A stretch of DNA of 64,000 bases from Amphiscolops sp. MND2022 (lineage: Eukaryota), in NCBI GenBank assembly GCA_964187785.1, contig OZ076414.1, positions 53,382,001 through 53,446,000 of the forward strand, given 5' to 3'. The notes under the pieces are model-generated. The model had not been told where the DNA came from, did not search any database, and saw only the letters and a program-made list of their open reading frames with translations. Positions 25,727 through 36,407 of this stretch are shown one piece after another. Within the stretch, counting starts at the first letter, position 1. Every line of letters starts with the position of its first letter. A program made the position numbers and the translations under genes.

Positions 25727-25942
25727 ATGGATATTGAAATTTTGAGCAATGATTCGGAGAGTCTTGCAACAGACAGCGGTTATAATTCAATGGTGTCATT
25801 TGACGAAGATGATGATGGTGATGATGGTCTGATGCATCTCAATGTTGAGGTTGTAGAACTGTTTGAACGCTTGTTGTCATGGCTGGATCAAGTTCAACAA
25901 ATTGACGACATTTTGCAAGACTGGATGATTGATGATGAGTAG
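25727..25942 (+). CDS. 71-aa acidic hypothetical protein with DSGxxS motif
   Basis: ATG-initiated ORF directly downstream of the left subterminal region; DSGYNS at residues 16-21, an acidic tract and an amphipathic C-terminal helix. Confidence 0.5.
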   Translation: MDIEILSNDSESLATDSGYNSMVSFDEDDDGDDGLMHLNVEVVELFERLLSWLDQVQQIDDILQDWMIDDE

Positions 25943-26041
25943 TATGTATGATGATGTCGAAGAATCTGGAAGGAAAAATATTTTTATGAATTCAGGCTGA
26001 ACGAAATGAAAACCAAACTTTGAAAACTCTTTTACCTTTTT

Positions 26042-26866
26042 TCACGAATCTGACGGATTTTTTCTTTTCCGAGACGCTAATTCAAACTGTTGAGCCAGCG
26101 TTTTTGCAGTCTCTAAGTCTTCCATTGTTATCAAGGGCTGTCCCGACGAGTCAACCAGGTCAGGAAACAATTCAGCAAACGTGCAGGTTTTGTTTTGCAT
26201 TTTCTTAATAAAAGTTAAAAGCTTTACAAACATTAGTGAATTGAATACTGACAGGGGACAAAATTCAGCTACTCTCACTTGTTTCTTTAAATCTGAGGTT
26301 GTAGCTTTTGAAACTTTGTCTTCGAGCAGTTCCACTTTTTTCAGCAATTCAAGTTCCTCCATGTTCAAATTATCAGTGTTCTAAAGCAAAAATAACCTTG
26401 TCCATGTCAGAGAATTTTACAGCAAGAAAAAGCAAAGATTACCTTTAAACTTTGTTCAAGATAGCTACTTGTGGATGGCTTGTTGTTACCATCAGCTTTA
26501 TCATCCTCAAAGTACCATGCGACCTTGTTTTTATCATCCTCTATGAACAATTTCTCCAAGAGGTTCCTTTCTGATTCGTCAACTTGGTATTCCGCAGCAT
26601 CGTCCGGAAACAACACTTTATTTTGTTTGTTACTGTTAAGGGCAGTATTTTTTTGACTAACTGTGCTGTCATCACCAAGAGGTGTGTCTGAAACATCATT
26701 AATACAAGCTCGCAATTGGACTATATTTCACCTCTGGTTGGATTATGTTTAAATGTTTACCTAAACCAATAATTGCTTGTCTCGTCCTCTTTTTCTCTTT
26801 GCGAAAAACAGTAGGAGGAACAGTTGTATTTTTTCGAGTCGGTGGTGTCCATTCATTGTTAGCCAT
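26042..26866 (-). CDS. Polinton hypothetical protein, 3 exons (26866-26761, 26720-26443, 26380-26042), 240 aa
   Basis: GT-AG introns 26721-26760 (40 nt, GTAAAC..ATAG) and 26381-26442 (62 nt, GTAATC..TTTAG) fuse three ORF pieces in frame; basic N-terminus and C-terminal RKRK. Confidence 0.65.
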
Positions 26867-26958
26867 TTCTGAAAAGTTGATGAGCTTTCATCGAAACTGA
26901 AAGAAAAAAAACAAATATATTCAAACCAGTTTTATAGAGAAAAAACTTCAGAGTTACC

Positions 26959-29900
26959 CTATACATTTATTGGGGATGTTGTAACACCATCATGCACAAA
27001 TCGTTTGTAATAAAAATATGTTATAGACATTTTGTTTTGTTTATATGTGAACATGTTTCCTCGGTAGTAGCGAAATCCCTTGTTAGTTCCTTCGTAGGGT
27101 ACTTTGTTGAACAAGACAGATTTAAATCTTTCCAATGGCGACACTAGATTTTTGTTGCTTCCTTTAAGAGCCATTTTCATCTTTTTGTTGTTTTCGTCAA
27201 ATGCACAGTAGGTTTTGCTGTTGAGACAAATCATTTCCGTTCCTTTCCATTCAATTTTGAAAAGTCCAGGTGTCCTTTTATCCATTGCACCGTGTTCTTT
27301 ACAGCAGCTTCGTGTTAGAAAATTCAGTTGAGCATTTGGTAGATAGCAATCTTCTTGTTCATGATAATGCTTTGCATTTTCTTGCATTTGTGATTTCGCG
27401 ACCTCATTGAAACATTCGTATAGATCGTTTTCCGTCAAAGCCATGTAGAAAGAGTCTGTGTCCATCTCTATAGCACGGAAAGACCTCGGTCTCATAATTC
27501 TGCCGAGAAAGTCGTAACGAAACTCTAACATTCTTTGTTTTCCATTGTTTAGTACTGTAAAACCAACGAGAATGGGTTCATCGTGCACAATTTTTCTTTT
27601 AGCCATGTTGATTTCGTATATTTTTTCATCCACAATGTCATAGGACCGGAATTTCGGAGAATTGATTTTTTGATCAACTTTTCTTTCATCAACAAAAAGC
27701 GTTTTTTGAAATTTTGATTTGTTTATGAGTTGGATGCCATATGCGCTGTTTCCAATAAGTTTGGATGTTTCTGCAATCACACTGAGCGACTTGTCTACAT
27801 CTCCTCGACGCCTGTTTTCTGTTACAAAATCCAAAAAATCTTTGAAGGGTTGTGCTTTTTTGTAACAAAGAAACTGGTAGCATTTTGTTACAACCAAACC
27901 ATGTTCTAAACACCACTTGATGTAGTCGGTAGATAACATTATCTTTTCTCCAAAGTAGCTGGCGACAAGACATTTCCAACCGTTTTTCATCAGACCGAAC
28001 TCTTTGGCATAATCTTGCATTTCCGCGGAAAGATGTTGCCTCTCGACAGTTGTATTTTTGAAGATGGGTGGAAGTTCTTTAAAGTGTTCCTTCAAGTGAT
28101 CTGGAACGTGGATGTCAATTTCAGCTATTCCATAGACTTTTTCTTTCCATACTGCATTGAGAAAAGTCTCCAACGTTGAAAACTTTTGTGGTAGACAATC
28201 AAGTTTTCTCACAAACTCTTTTATTTCGGGGTCTGTTTCTTTAAGCTGATTCCATTGACACTCCCATTGCTCAATCACACGATATCCTGCATTTAGAATA
28301 ACTTCCGTACGCTCCTTGTCATTTTCACGTATTTTCGCCGGTGTTTTTCCATGAATTAGAGGCGGCTGAAACACTTAGCAGTTTGAAGCACTTCAAAAGA
28401 AAGTATGATTCATTATTTCAAAACTAAAATTTTGTCAACTAACCAAACTTATACAGTCATGGGCGTGATGATAACATCCCATAAATTCCCAAACAGTTTT
28501 ACAGGACACACAGATAGCATCGGGAACGAGTGTTCTAACTTGGTGGCGCATATTTGTGAAACGAGTGGTCACTGAACAACTTGGGTTTTGGTCGTGATGA
28601 TGTTTGGAGATAAAAGCAACATACTGTCGTTCGGCTTGTAAAAATTTACTTTTTTCGGAAACTAGAGCGTTGTCGCTGTTGCACACGTAATGAGTCAACG
28701 GTCCAGTTGGCATGTTCCCACCAATAGCAGATAAATACAAAGCGTTGGCATCATAACCAACTATTGATTTGACTATTTCATCATTGATGGCAGTTTCATT
28801 AACTTTTTCGTAACGACTAAACACTATACTTGGTCCTCCAACAATGTTGTTTCGAACACTTTGATACAAATCCTTGTGTTTATAATTGAACAAAAAAATT
28901 CCTTCGCCTTTGTTTGATCGATGTAAAATTTTGTTGGCGGCGCCACTGAGTGTTAGAGTTTCCTTCAGCAAGTCAATCGAGTGTTGTTCATAGAAACGGG
29001 CCATTTTGGTCACAGCCTTGTGGAGGGGATAAACATCAAGGTTATTGTAATATTGTAAATAATCCATCATTGTTTGAAACCCTTCGTGGTCCCATGTTTG
29101 TTTAATGTCCTCATATACTTCCAACCCTGTCTTTGGTCTACTTGGATCAGTGAGGCTGCCTCCGTTCCGAACAAAACTGTTAATCTCGTTCTCCAAAACG
29201 TTTTCATTCTTTAGTGAGGAAAAGACTGCTTCGTAGGGTGGTAATGAAGTTTCTTGTAAAATTTCAAAACTGGTTAGATGTTCGTAAGGAAAGAAAAACT
29301 TGCTGACTTCACTACCATAGGCTTTCAAAAACTTGTCTAATGATGTACCAGCTGCAACAAAATGACTACAGTCCATGAAGCGCAGGTTTGGTGTCGAAAG
29401 GAGTAGGAAGCGAGTATTTCGTTTAATACACTTGATGGATGACAAGCTAACAAAACGCTGCAGAGACTTTAAAAGGTATGACTTTATCAAGTTCAAATCG
29501 TAGAATCCACTATTGAAACCAACAATTGGTAGTTGGTCAATGTATTGTAAGAACTGTGTTCGTGTTCTTTTCAGGAATCTGTGCAATCTCTGCTGTGTGC
29601 TGGATACAGTAGTAGTAGCGGTAGTGGTTTCGTTTAGAGCAGCTTCTTCATCATCTGAGTGTATGTTCTCTCCCATGGTGGTGTCATCTGGTTCAAATTC
29701 TAATAACATTTCATCAATTTGTTCTAGATAGGGTAAAAATTTTTGTCGCTGGTGAGAGATATTTTTGAGGGACAAGTCCATTAAATAGTCTACAAACTTG
29801 TCTACCAAAACGTTAGGGTCTTTTTCCACTAACCATTTTGCAGCCGATTCCTCTGTTGTAATGTTTTGATATATTGCAACCGATACGGGAATATGTTGAT

Positions 29901-31434
29901 GAGTAAACTCCAATTTTTTCGTCTTGATGAAACAATCATCTTGGTTGATATCAAATCCATTTGTTTGCTGTTGTGATGATGACTTTTGTCTCAAAATGGA
30001 TTCAAAATCAAAAGTAACAAAAGACTTGTAGAATCTATGCTCATGCGGAACACAGACATCAAACACGGTCTCTAGCGTCGTGAAAAAAGTGTCAGTGGGC
30101 GTGTATTTCCCACCTGGATAGGAATGATCTGACTTTTCCGAGCATGACTTTAGATGGCGATTCAATTCAAACAGTCGTGAAAAGTACTGTTCACACTTGA
30201 TGCACTTGAATCGTCGAAAAAATACATTTAAATTTCGGATTAGACAAGTGTGATTATCGACTAGAAGCAGATCAACAAAATTGGATTGCATATCCATTTC
30301 CAATGTTTTACTTCGGTATAACAATTCACCTTGTACTACATTATTCACATCAAGCTCAGCTGAAAACACTCGGATGGCGCAAGAACAAAACTTTTCAACG
30401 TCTGGCAGGTCCGTCAGCTCGATACCGGCAAAATCTTGAACGTTCTTTTGCACTCCGCGAATGTACTTTTGAAAAAGTTCCATTGTTTTAGATTCCAATC
30501 CATGCATAGAATTTTGTTGAAAGGCAGCCAAGGCACGAAATATGCAAAGATTATCATTAAACTTTCGTTTCGTAGATCTGCTCTGGGTAAGTGTCCAAAC
30601 ACTCCTTGCGGATTTGATGAAATCCGGAATATCTATTACATCTTGATCGGTGCTGCCCATTGGCAGGCGTGACAAGTGTGTGGCATGTAGAGAGACGTTG
30701 GTTAAACAGAAGAAAGTCCATTTTGTGCTGTCGCGAAAGTTTGTAAATTTTTCAATGAAGTCAGTGCTGAAAATGTCTTGTTTTAACAGTTTGAAGTGTT
30801 CAAAGTTTTCTACTAGCTTTGGTTTGGGTAAGACCGTTGTATTGTCACTTGAGTAGTAGTACCGATATTCGCCAGTTTCGTTGTTTGAGAGAATGTATCC
30901 AAAACTGACATTCATTTTGGATACCCTAGTTATTTTTGCAAAAGCTTCATCGAGTACATTACAAATATTATCAATCCCTTCATCCTTCAAAAGAAAATTG
31001 ACAGTTGTTTGGTGGGGTAGCAAAACAATTTGATCCCCCATAATGTGTCTCTTTCTACGAACAAGTTCTTTCAGTGATTCATCATCGCCAAATTGGGCAT
31101 CGTTCAGTTGAGAATTTGGTGATTTTAACATTTCATGTTCGGTATGTGTATGCTGTTGCAACTTGAGCATTGTTGCAAAGGTTGAATCACAGTAGCCGCA
31201 TTTGAAGTTTTTCTTTTTCACATGCTTCAGAGATTTATGAGTGTTGAGGTCTTGGCTACTTTTTGCAATGTATTTGCACTGTCCGCAGTGTAAATCATCC
31301 TTGTCGTGGGTCTTTTCATGTCGGTTTCGGTTGTATTTGCGCGAAAACTCTTTTCCACATTTACTACAAACAAAAGTTAGAAGGGATTGCTGAGAAGTTG
31401 AAGGAGTTGCTGTTGCGCCGTCAGACGACTGCAT
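26959..31434 (-). CDS. Protein-primed family B DNA polymerase (pPolB), 2 exons with intron 28366-28443
   Basis: Exonuclease motifs TFDFES and GFNSGFYDL; motif A SIVGYDANALY; motif B KLIGNSAYG; motif C EMDTDS; KMALKG. GTTAGT...TTTCAG phase-0 intron joins HDCISL|PPLIHGK in frame. The ORF track starts at 31500; the likelier Met is 31434. Confidence 0.93.
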
Positions 31435-31435
31435 C

Positions 31436-32041
31436 GTGATGAATAGAGAGCAGCAGCAGCACTTGCCGTCGTTCTTTCGGGAGAAATTCAATCTAAACAA
31501 GTGTCTGTTTGTTACTACAAATTCAAATAATTTTCAAAGTTTTCTGGTAACTCCTGAATTTGCTGTGGCTAAATATCAGACAAACAAGTTTTGTAACAAA
31601 AATAAGCAGTGCAAATATCACATCATGCTTTATGGTTTTGACAATATACAAAACAAGTTGATGCATCTGAATTATGATTTTGAAAATGTAAATTGTCCCA
31701 ACAGTTATTTCAAATTCTTCATTATTCTTTCGGAAAAAGTTGTTTGTATTCATGGAAACTTCCTCATGGAACCTTTGTTATTAGCTACCAAACACAATCG
31801 TATAAATCGAAGCAAAGAATGTGTCACGAGTCTACTTTGGAGACGGATTGGTCGGAAAAAAAGGAGACGACACTCACCAGCAACAACCAACAGAGGGCCA
31901 CAACACACTATAGCGTCGCTGATGAATATTGTTCAAATGCAGATTGTTGTCGCGACTCGTCTATTGGAAATTTTGCAACAACATTCTTCATCTGAAATTT
32001 CCACAACCACCACAAATGACATCAGCACAATAACCGAGTAA
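31436..32041 (+). CDS. Hypothetical ORF in the divergent region; true start and frame uncertain
   Basis: 201-aa ORF with an RKKRRR basic patch, overlapped by a competing 100-aa ORF (31693-31995); no family motif recognised. Confidence 0.3.
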   Translation: MMNREQQQHLPSFFREKFNLNKCLFVTTNSNNFQSFLVTPEFAVAKYQTNKFCNKNKQCKYHIMLYGFDNIQNKLMHLNYDFENVNCPNSYFKFFIILSEKVVCIHGNFLMEPLLLATKHNRINRSKECVTSLLWRRIGRKKRRRHSPATTNRGPQHTIASLMNIVQMQIVVATRLLEILQQHSSSEISTTTTNDISTITE

Positions 32042-32154
32042 TTTTCCTTTGCAAGCTTACCTTGCAACATCAAATCATTACTTTTGTTCACTACCTACAG
32101 TTCAGTTGTTATTTGCTGATTCAAAAAATTTTGACAAAATAAAAAATTTTCATC

Positions 32155-32787
32155 ATGTCATCAACTGCTGTCATCAACCCTGTTGATTGTAAAGTGTTGA
32201 AATGTTTTAAAGTTGAAGTTAGTACAAAACGTTACCTTTTAATTACAGTTAAAAGCTATCCGTCTTCTTCAGAAAGCTATACAAGTATTCAACTTTTCAA
32301 GTTGGATGAAGAGACCAAGGAATACACACCACAAAAGTATTTGACTCTCAAGTTTCAAGAATTAAACAAAATTCCTTGGGACGACGTTTACACCAACGTT
32401 GTCAATGTCTTCGACTTTTCACTAGACGTTCGCATGCCCTACCACAAGAATGATATGGACTATTTTGACTTCATCTTTGATGTTCAAGACTTTATCTCAA
32501 ACAAATCGAGAGTCGTCAGAGTAGCTTCCAAGCGTTATCCTCAAGCAACCTACTTGTACTTAAAACTCTTTATTCAACATCAAAAGCGCTGGAAAATGCA
32601 ACAAACAATAGACATTTCTTGGATGGAGCTATCTCATTTATTGAGTGTTGTCAAAGAGATTCAGAGCTACCCAAATGGAATACCTAAAGAAGGAAGTCCA
32701 ATCACAGAGACTGGCTTATTTCGTCCAATCGCAACATTGACTAACCCAGAAATCAGCAGCAGCAGCGTCAGTAGCAATAACCATTAA
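32155..32787 (+). CDS. Polinton protein with two tandem PC4-like (ssDNA-binding) repeats
   Basis: Internal duplication KRYLLITVKSY...IQLFK...LTLKFQELNKI / SRVVRVASKRY...LKLFI...IDISWMELSHL resembles the PC4 strand-strand-helix pattern. Confidence 0.55.
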   Translation: MSSTAVINPVDCKVLKCFKVEVSTKRYLLITVKSYPSSSESYTSIQLFKLDEETKEYTPQKYLTLKFQELNKIPWDDVYTNVVNVFDFSLDVRMPYHKNDMDYFDFIFDVQDFISNKSRVVRVASKRYPQATYLYLKLFIQHQKRWKMQQTIDISWMELSHLLSVVKEIQSYPNGIPKEGSPITETGLFRPIATLTNPEISSSSVSSNNH

Positions 32788-32835
32788 CAAATTTTTTGAG
32801 TGCTTCATTACCTCTCTTACTCTTACAGAATTTAG

Positions 32836-33465
32836 TTGCTTGCTTGCATGATGGCTGATTTCAACTACATTATTACGTTTGTTTTGGATGTGGAGTTTTT
32901 AGAAGTTGACGTAGTTAAAGAAATTAGTGTAACCACACCGTACCACTCCGTATCTTTATCATTCAAACCTCCCAGACCATGGAAAGATCTAACCCGTGAA
33001 GAACAACTGGAATACAACAACAATAACAACACTCTCAATGTTCCGTGGGATGAAGGCGCTATTGACTATAAGGAACTGAGGAACGCTGTATACACCCTCA
33101 TTCCACCAGGAGTCATGAAGTATGCAAAAGGAGTGCAAAAGTGTGACTTTTTCTCTCGTTTTTTCCATTTCAAAATTCACAATTTGGAAGACATGGGCTG
33201 CCCTGACGCCTCTGCAATCCAATATTTGACAAATAAGAACATTAAGGAGAACAACGACAACGACGACGACGACGACGACAAAGAGAACAGGCCGTTGTGT
33301 CCCAATTTTCCCAAATATCCCAATCATTATGAAAAATGTGCAGCCATCAATAGTAAGCTTTATCTCAAGTGGTTAGCCAATAAAATTAAAGAAGATCCTG
33401 CTGCTGCGGAAATGGCGCGAAAGACTTCCCCGCTGCGCAACGATGCAGCACTCATACTCATGTAA
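32836..33465 (+). CDS. DEDD/DnaQ-like exonuclease-family protein
   Basis: N-terminal LDVEF (D-x-E), VKEISV, FKPP..W, WDEG..Y..L, YAKG.QK, NLEDMGCP and C..H...CA pattern typical of a Maverick-associated exonuclease-like family. Confidence 0.55.
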   Translation: MLACMMADFNYIITFVLDVEFLEVDVVKEISVTTPYHSVSLSFKPPRPWKDLTREEQLEYNNNNNTLNVPWDEGAIDYKELRNAVYTLIPPGVMKYAKGVQKCDFFSRFFHFKIHNLEDMGCPDASAIQYLTNKNIKENNDNDDDDDDKENRPLCPNFPKYPNHYEKCAAINSKLYLKWLANKIKEDPAAAEMARKTSPLRNDAALILM

Positions 33466-33494
33466 TTATCATCATCATTTGTTAAATTTGCAGC

Positions 33495-33758
33495 ATGACT
33501 GATCAGCCGGACCTTGCAGTGCAAGAATTCGTTTTTGATGAGAATAACCAAGAACGCAAGCCTTGGACACTTTGCGGCAAGCCTATTCCACGGTCCGAAA
33601 TTGTCTTTTTCAGTCAATTACTTGTCATTCTTATGGTTATCTCATTTTGTATTTTCAAACTTTCTGTATCATCTTCAAACGATAAAGACAAGCCGGTTTG
33701 GATTGCCTTGCTGGCCAGTGCACTGGGATCTATTCTACCCAATCCGACACTGAAATGA
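33495..33758 (+). CDS. Small two-pass membrane protein (87 aa)
   Basis: Hydrophobic segments IVFFSQLLVILMVISFCIFKL and VWIALLASALGSILP; stop overlaps the ATPase start (ATGA). Confidence 0.65.
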   Translation: MTDQPDLAVQEFVFDENNQERKPWTLCGKPIPRSEIVFFSQLLVILMVISFCIFKLSVSSSNDKDKPVWIALLASALGSILPNPTLK

Positions 33759-34489
33759 ACAAGGTCATTCCCACTGACAACCATGTGTTTATGTCTCTTG
33801 TTGGTCCATCCGGCTCTGGAAAGACTACTCTTTTGTATAAACTTTTAACCTTGCCAGTGTTTCAACCAAGGTACCAATCTGTTATTTTTTTCTATCAACA
33901 TTATCAAGAAGCGTACGAAAAATTGAAGCGAGATGTTGAAGAAATTGAATTCATACAAGGACTAGACTTTGATTTGATCAATCAATCATTTACACATGAC
34001 GGAAAAAAACGCTTGCTAATTTTTGATGACTTTTCAGAGGAACTTTTAAAATCTAAAGATTTCACTCGGATTGCTACCGCTGGTAGACACTTGGGCTTGC
34101 ATGTTTTGTATATTAAGCATAATTTATTTCATAAATCACCCATTGGAAGAGACGTAGAGTTGCAGTTGACTCATATTGTGCTTTTTCAATCTCCCCGTGA
34201 CATTAATCAAATTGAACGACTTGGGCAACAGTTGGGCAAGCAAAAATTTTTACCTCTATGCTATAAGGATGCCACATCCAAACCTTTTGGATTTCTCATG
34301 ATTGATCTGTCACCCAAAACATTGGATCTTTTACGATTTTGTACAAATTTGGAGCCAACAGTTTTCTATATACCCAGTGAAAAGGCCCGCATTACAGAGA
34401 TTGACGATGACTACACAACAAGTTATTACGCTGCAGCATTTCAAGAGTCTTTCACTGGTCGACCGGTTGGACATGTTGAAAAGATGTGA
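33755..34489 (+). CDS. DNA-packaging ATPase (FtsK/HerA/A32-like)
   Basis: Walker A LVGPSGSGKT, Walker B LLIFDD, ATAGRH, KHNLFHK; uninterrupted. Confidence 0.93.
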   Translation: MNKVIPTDNHVFMSLVGPSGSGKTTLLYKLLTLPVFQPRYQSVIFFYQHYQEAYEKLKRDVEEIEFIQGLDFDLINQSFTHDGKKRLLIFDDFSEELLKSKDFTRIATAGRHLGLHVLYIKHNLFHKSPIGRDVELQLTHIVLFQSPRDINQIERLGQQLGKQKFLPLCYKDATSKPFGFLMIDLSPKTLDLLRFCTNLEPTVFYIPSEKARITEIDDDYTTSYYAAAFQESFTGRPVGHVEKM

Positions 34490-34712
34490 GGACAATTTCA
34501 TTGAGTTTCTGGCCGAATCAGTTGTAAACATTTTGCAAGGTGTAGTGCCCGGAATCAGGCGGAAAGACATTGAAAAGTTCAAGCCACAAATTGTGCGAAT
34601 CATTTCGACCAAAGCAACTCTTGCGGAACAGCGGGCCATATTCACTTCCCGAAAGGGGCTCTTGTTGCTAGATGTTATTATCGAGCATGTTATTCAATAC
34701 TTTTTAAGTTAG
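34407..34712 (+). CDS. Conserved small Polinton protein overlapping the ATPase 3' end (101 aa)
   Basis: R..ML...EDNFIEFLAESVVNILQGVV...R.IF...GLLLL, a pattern typical of the ORF that follows Polinton ATPases. Confidence 0.55.
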   Translation: MTTQQVITLQHFKSLSLVDRLDMLKRCEDNFIEFLAESVVNILQGVVPGIRRKDIEKFKPQIVRIISTKATLAEQRAIFTSRKGLLLLDVIIEHVIQYFLS

Positions 34713-34717
34713 TAGTA

Positions 34718-35437
34718 ATGGAATTGAAAAAATTTGTATTGATACCTTTTTCACAGTACAAGAGTCAATTGGCATCGAGTAGGCCTGTCAGCACAGTATT
34801 GTACGATTCAAAATTGACCAATGAGGAAAAGACTAAAATTTTGCCTACATTGGACAGAAAAAAAAGGAGAGCTGCTGCTGTTGTAAGCACGCCCACCACC
34901 ACGGTCACTGCTAGCACCGTACCTGCAAGTAGTAGTAGTAGTAGTAGTAGTACAACAAAGACTATTGATCGTCAAAAGGAGGCAATTTTGTTGGATGTGG
35001 GTGGAAGCGAAACTACTCAAAGACGTAGCGCTTCGTTGTACGACAAAATTTTGTCTAACCCAAAAATAGAATTGACAAGTGAAGGTACAATTAAGCTGGA
35101 AAATTCCGACACAGACATTCCTCTCAGCACATTTTTATATAGATTACAGAACCCTTTTCCAAAAAGTAGTCCAGTAACACGACAGTTTTTGGACATTGTT
35201 GAAAATGTGAAAATCCCCGAACACTTGATTGCAAATCAGTCTCTGTTGAAACATCAAAGAAGTAGACAAAATAAAGCTCCTCCTCTCGTCGGCTCGGACG
35301 ACGACGCCGACGATGACGAAGAGGACTTTGAAAGCGTCGACGAAGGTGCAGGTAGCAGCAGCAGCAGGGCAACAAGCGGCAAAGAAAAGAAAGGAAAAGA
35401 ATGGTATTCAGTCAAGGGCGAAAAGAAACAATTTTGA
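34718..35437 (+). CDS. Polinton hypothetical protein, Ser/Thr-rich with acidic C-terminus
   Basis: 239-aa intact ORF starting MELKKFVLIP, between the ATPase cluster and integrase. Confidence 0.65.
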   Translation: MELKKFVLIPFSQYKSQLASSRPVSTVLYDSKLTNEEKTKILPTLDRKKRRAAAVVSTPTTTVTASTVPASSSSSSSSTTKTIDRQKEAILLDVGGSETTQRRSASLYDKILSNPKIELTSEGTIKLENSDTDIPLSTFLYRLQNPFPKSSPVTRQFLDIVENVKIPEHLIANQSLLKHQRSRQNKAPPLVGSDDDADDDEEDFESVDEGAGSSSSRATSGKEKKGKEWYSVKGEKKQF

Positions 35438-36365
35438 AAAAGACAGAGAAAAAAGATTGTTGGAGAAAGCTTGGAAGAGTGGTTTCTCAGCATATGGATC
35501 GCGTCAGAATTTGCAAAAAGCTACAAAATTGTCCGTGAAAAAAGTTGATGCCTTTTTGCAAGGTAAAAACTCCTACACAAAATTTTTCATTCCCCAGCGT
35601 AGATCCTATCCCCGATTGACGACACTTGCTTTCGACATTAACGACATTTGGTGCATGGACGTTGCTTACGTCGATAAAATTGCCATGCCAAATGATGGTG
35701 TAAAATTTTTACTAGTCTGTGTAGATGTCTTGTCACGCTACTTGAGAGTGGAACCACTGAAGCGACTGACATCTGTTGCTGTGAAAGATGGTCTAGTTGC
35801 CATGTTAAATAAATGCCCGACAGTACATCCCAACAAAATTTGGACCGATCAAGGTCGAGAGTTTGAGGGAGAATTTCGCAACTTTTGCAAAACTGTTGGA
35901 ATACACCAATATAATTCGTTCAGCGGTACAAAAGCAGCGTTTGCTGAGCGAGCCATTAGAGCCTTGAAGGCCCAAATTGTTCGGTATCTCGAAGAGGAGT
36001 GGATGTGGCGCTATATTGACAAGTTGCCAGACTTTGTAAAAACTCTCAACGACCGTGTGAATCGATCAATTGGTATGGCACCGTCAAAAGTTGAGAAAAA
36101 ACATGTGCTCAAACTTATCGCACTCAAACAAAGGTCTGCAGTGATGAAAGAAAAAAAGGCCAAGTACAAGGTGGGCGACTTTGTACGCATTGCTTCAAAG
36201 AATGTACCCTTTAGAAAAGGATATCTGCAACAGTTTACAAATGAAATTTTTTCCATTTCCACCGTGTTCTCCACTCATCCACCGTCTTACATTTTGCGCG
36301 ATGAAAAAGGCCAAGAAATTCAGGGCAAATTTTACGAAGCTGAGATTATTAAAGTACTTAAGTGA
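35313..36365 (+). CDS. Retroviral-type (c-integrase) DDE integrase
   Basis: IWCMDVAY (D), IWTDQGREF (D), AFAERAIR (E); C-terminal FRKGYLQQFTNEIF...GKFYEAE. Confidence 0.95.
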   Translation: MTKRTLKASTKVQVAAAAGQQAAKKRKEKNGIQSRAKRNNFEKDREKRLLEKAWKSGFSAYGSRQNLQKATKLSVKKVDAFLQGKNSYTKFFIPQRRSYPRLTTLAFDINDIWCMDVAYVDKIAMPNDGVKFLLVCVDVLSRYLRVEPLKRLTSVAVKDGLVAMLNKCPTVHPNKIWTDQGREFEGEFRNFCKTVGIHQYNSFSGTKAAFAERAIRALKAQIVRYLEEEWMWRYIDKLPDFVKTLNDRVNRSIGMAPSKVEKKHVLKLIALKQRSAVMKEKKAKYKVGDFVRIASKNVPFRKGYLQQFTNEIFSISTVFSTHPPSYILRDEKGQEIQGKFYEAEIIKVLK

Positions 36366-36407
36366 AAAAAATACATTTCACAAATCATTTTTCAGCTTTA
36401 ATCGACA

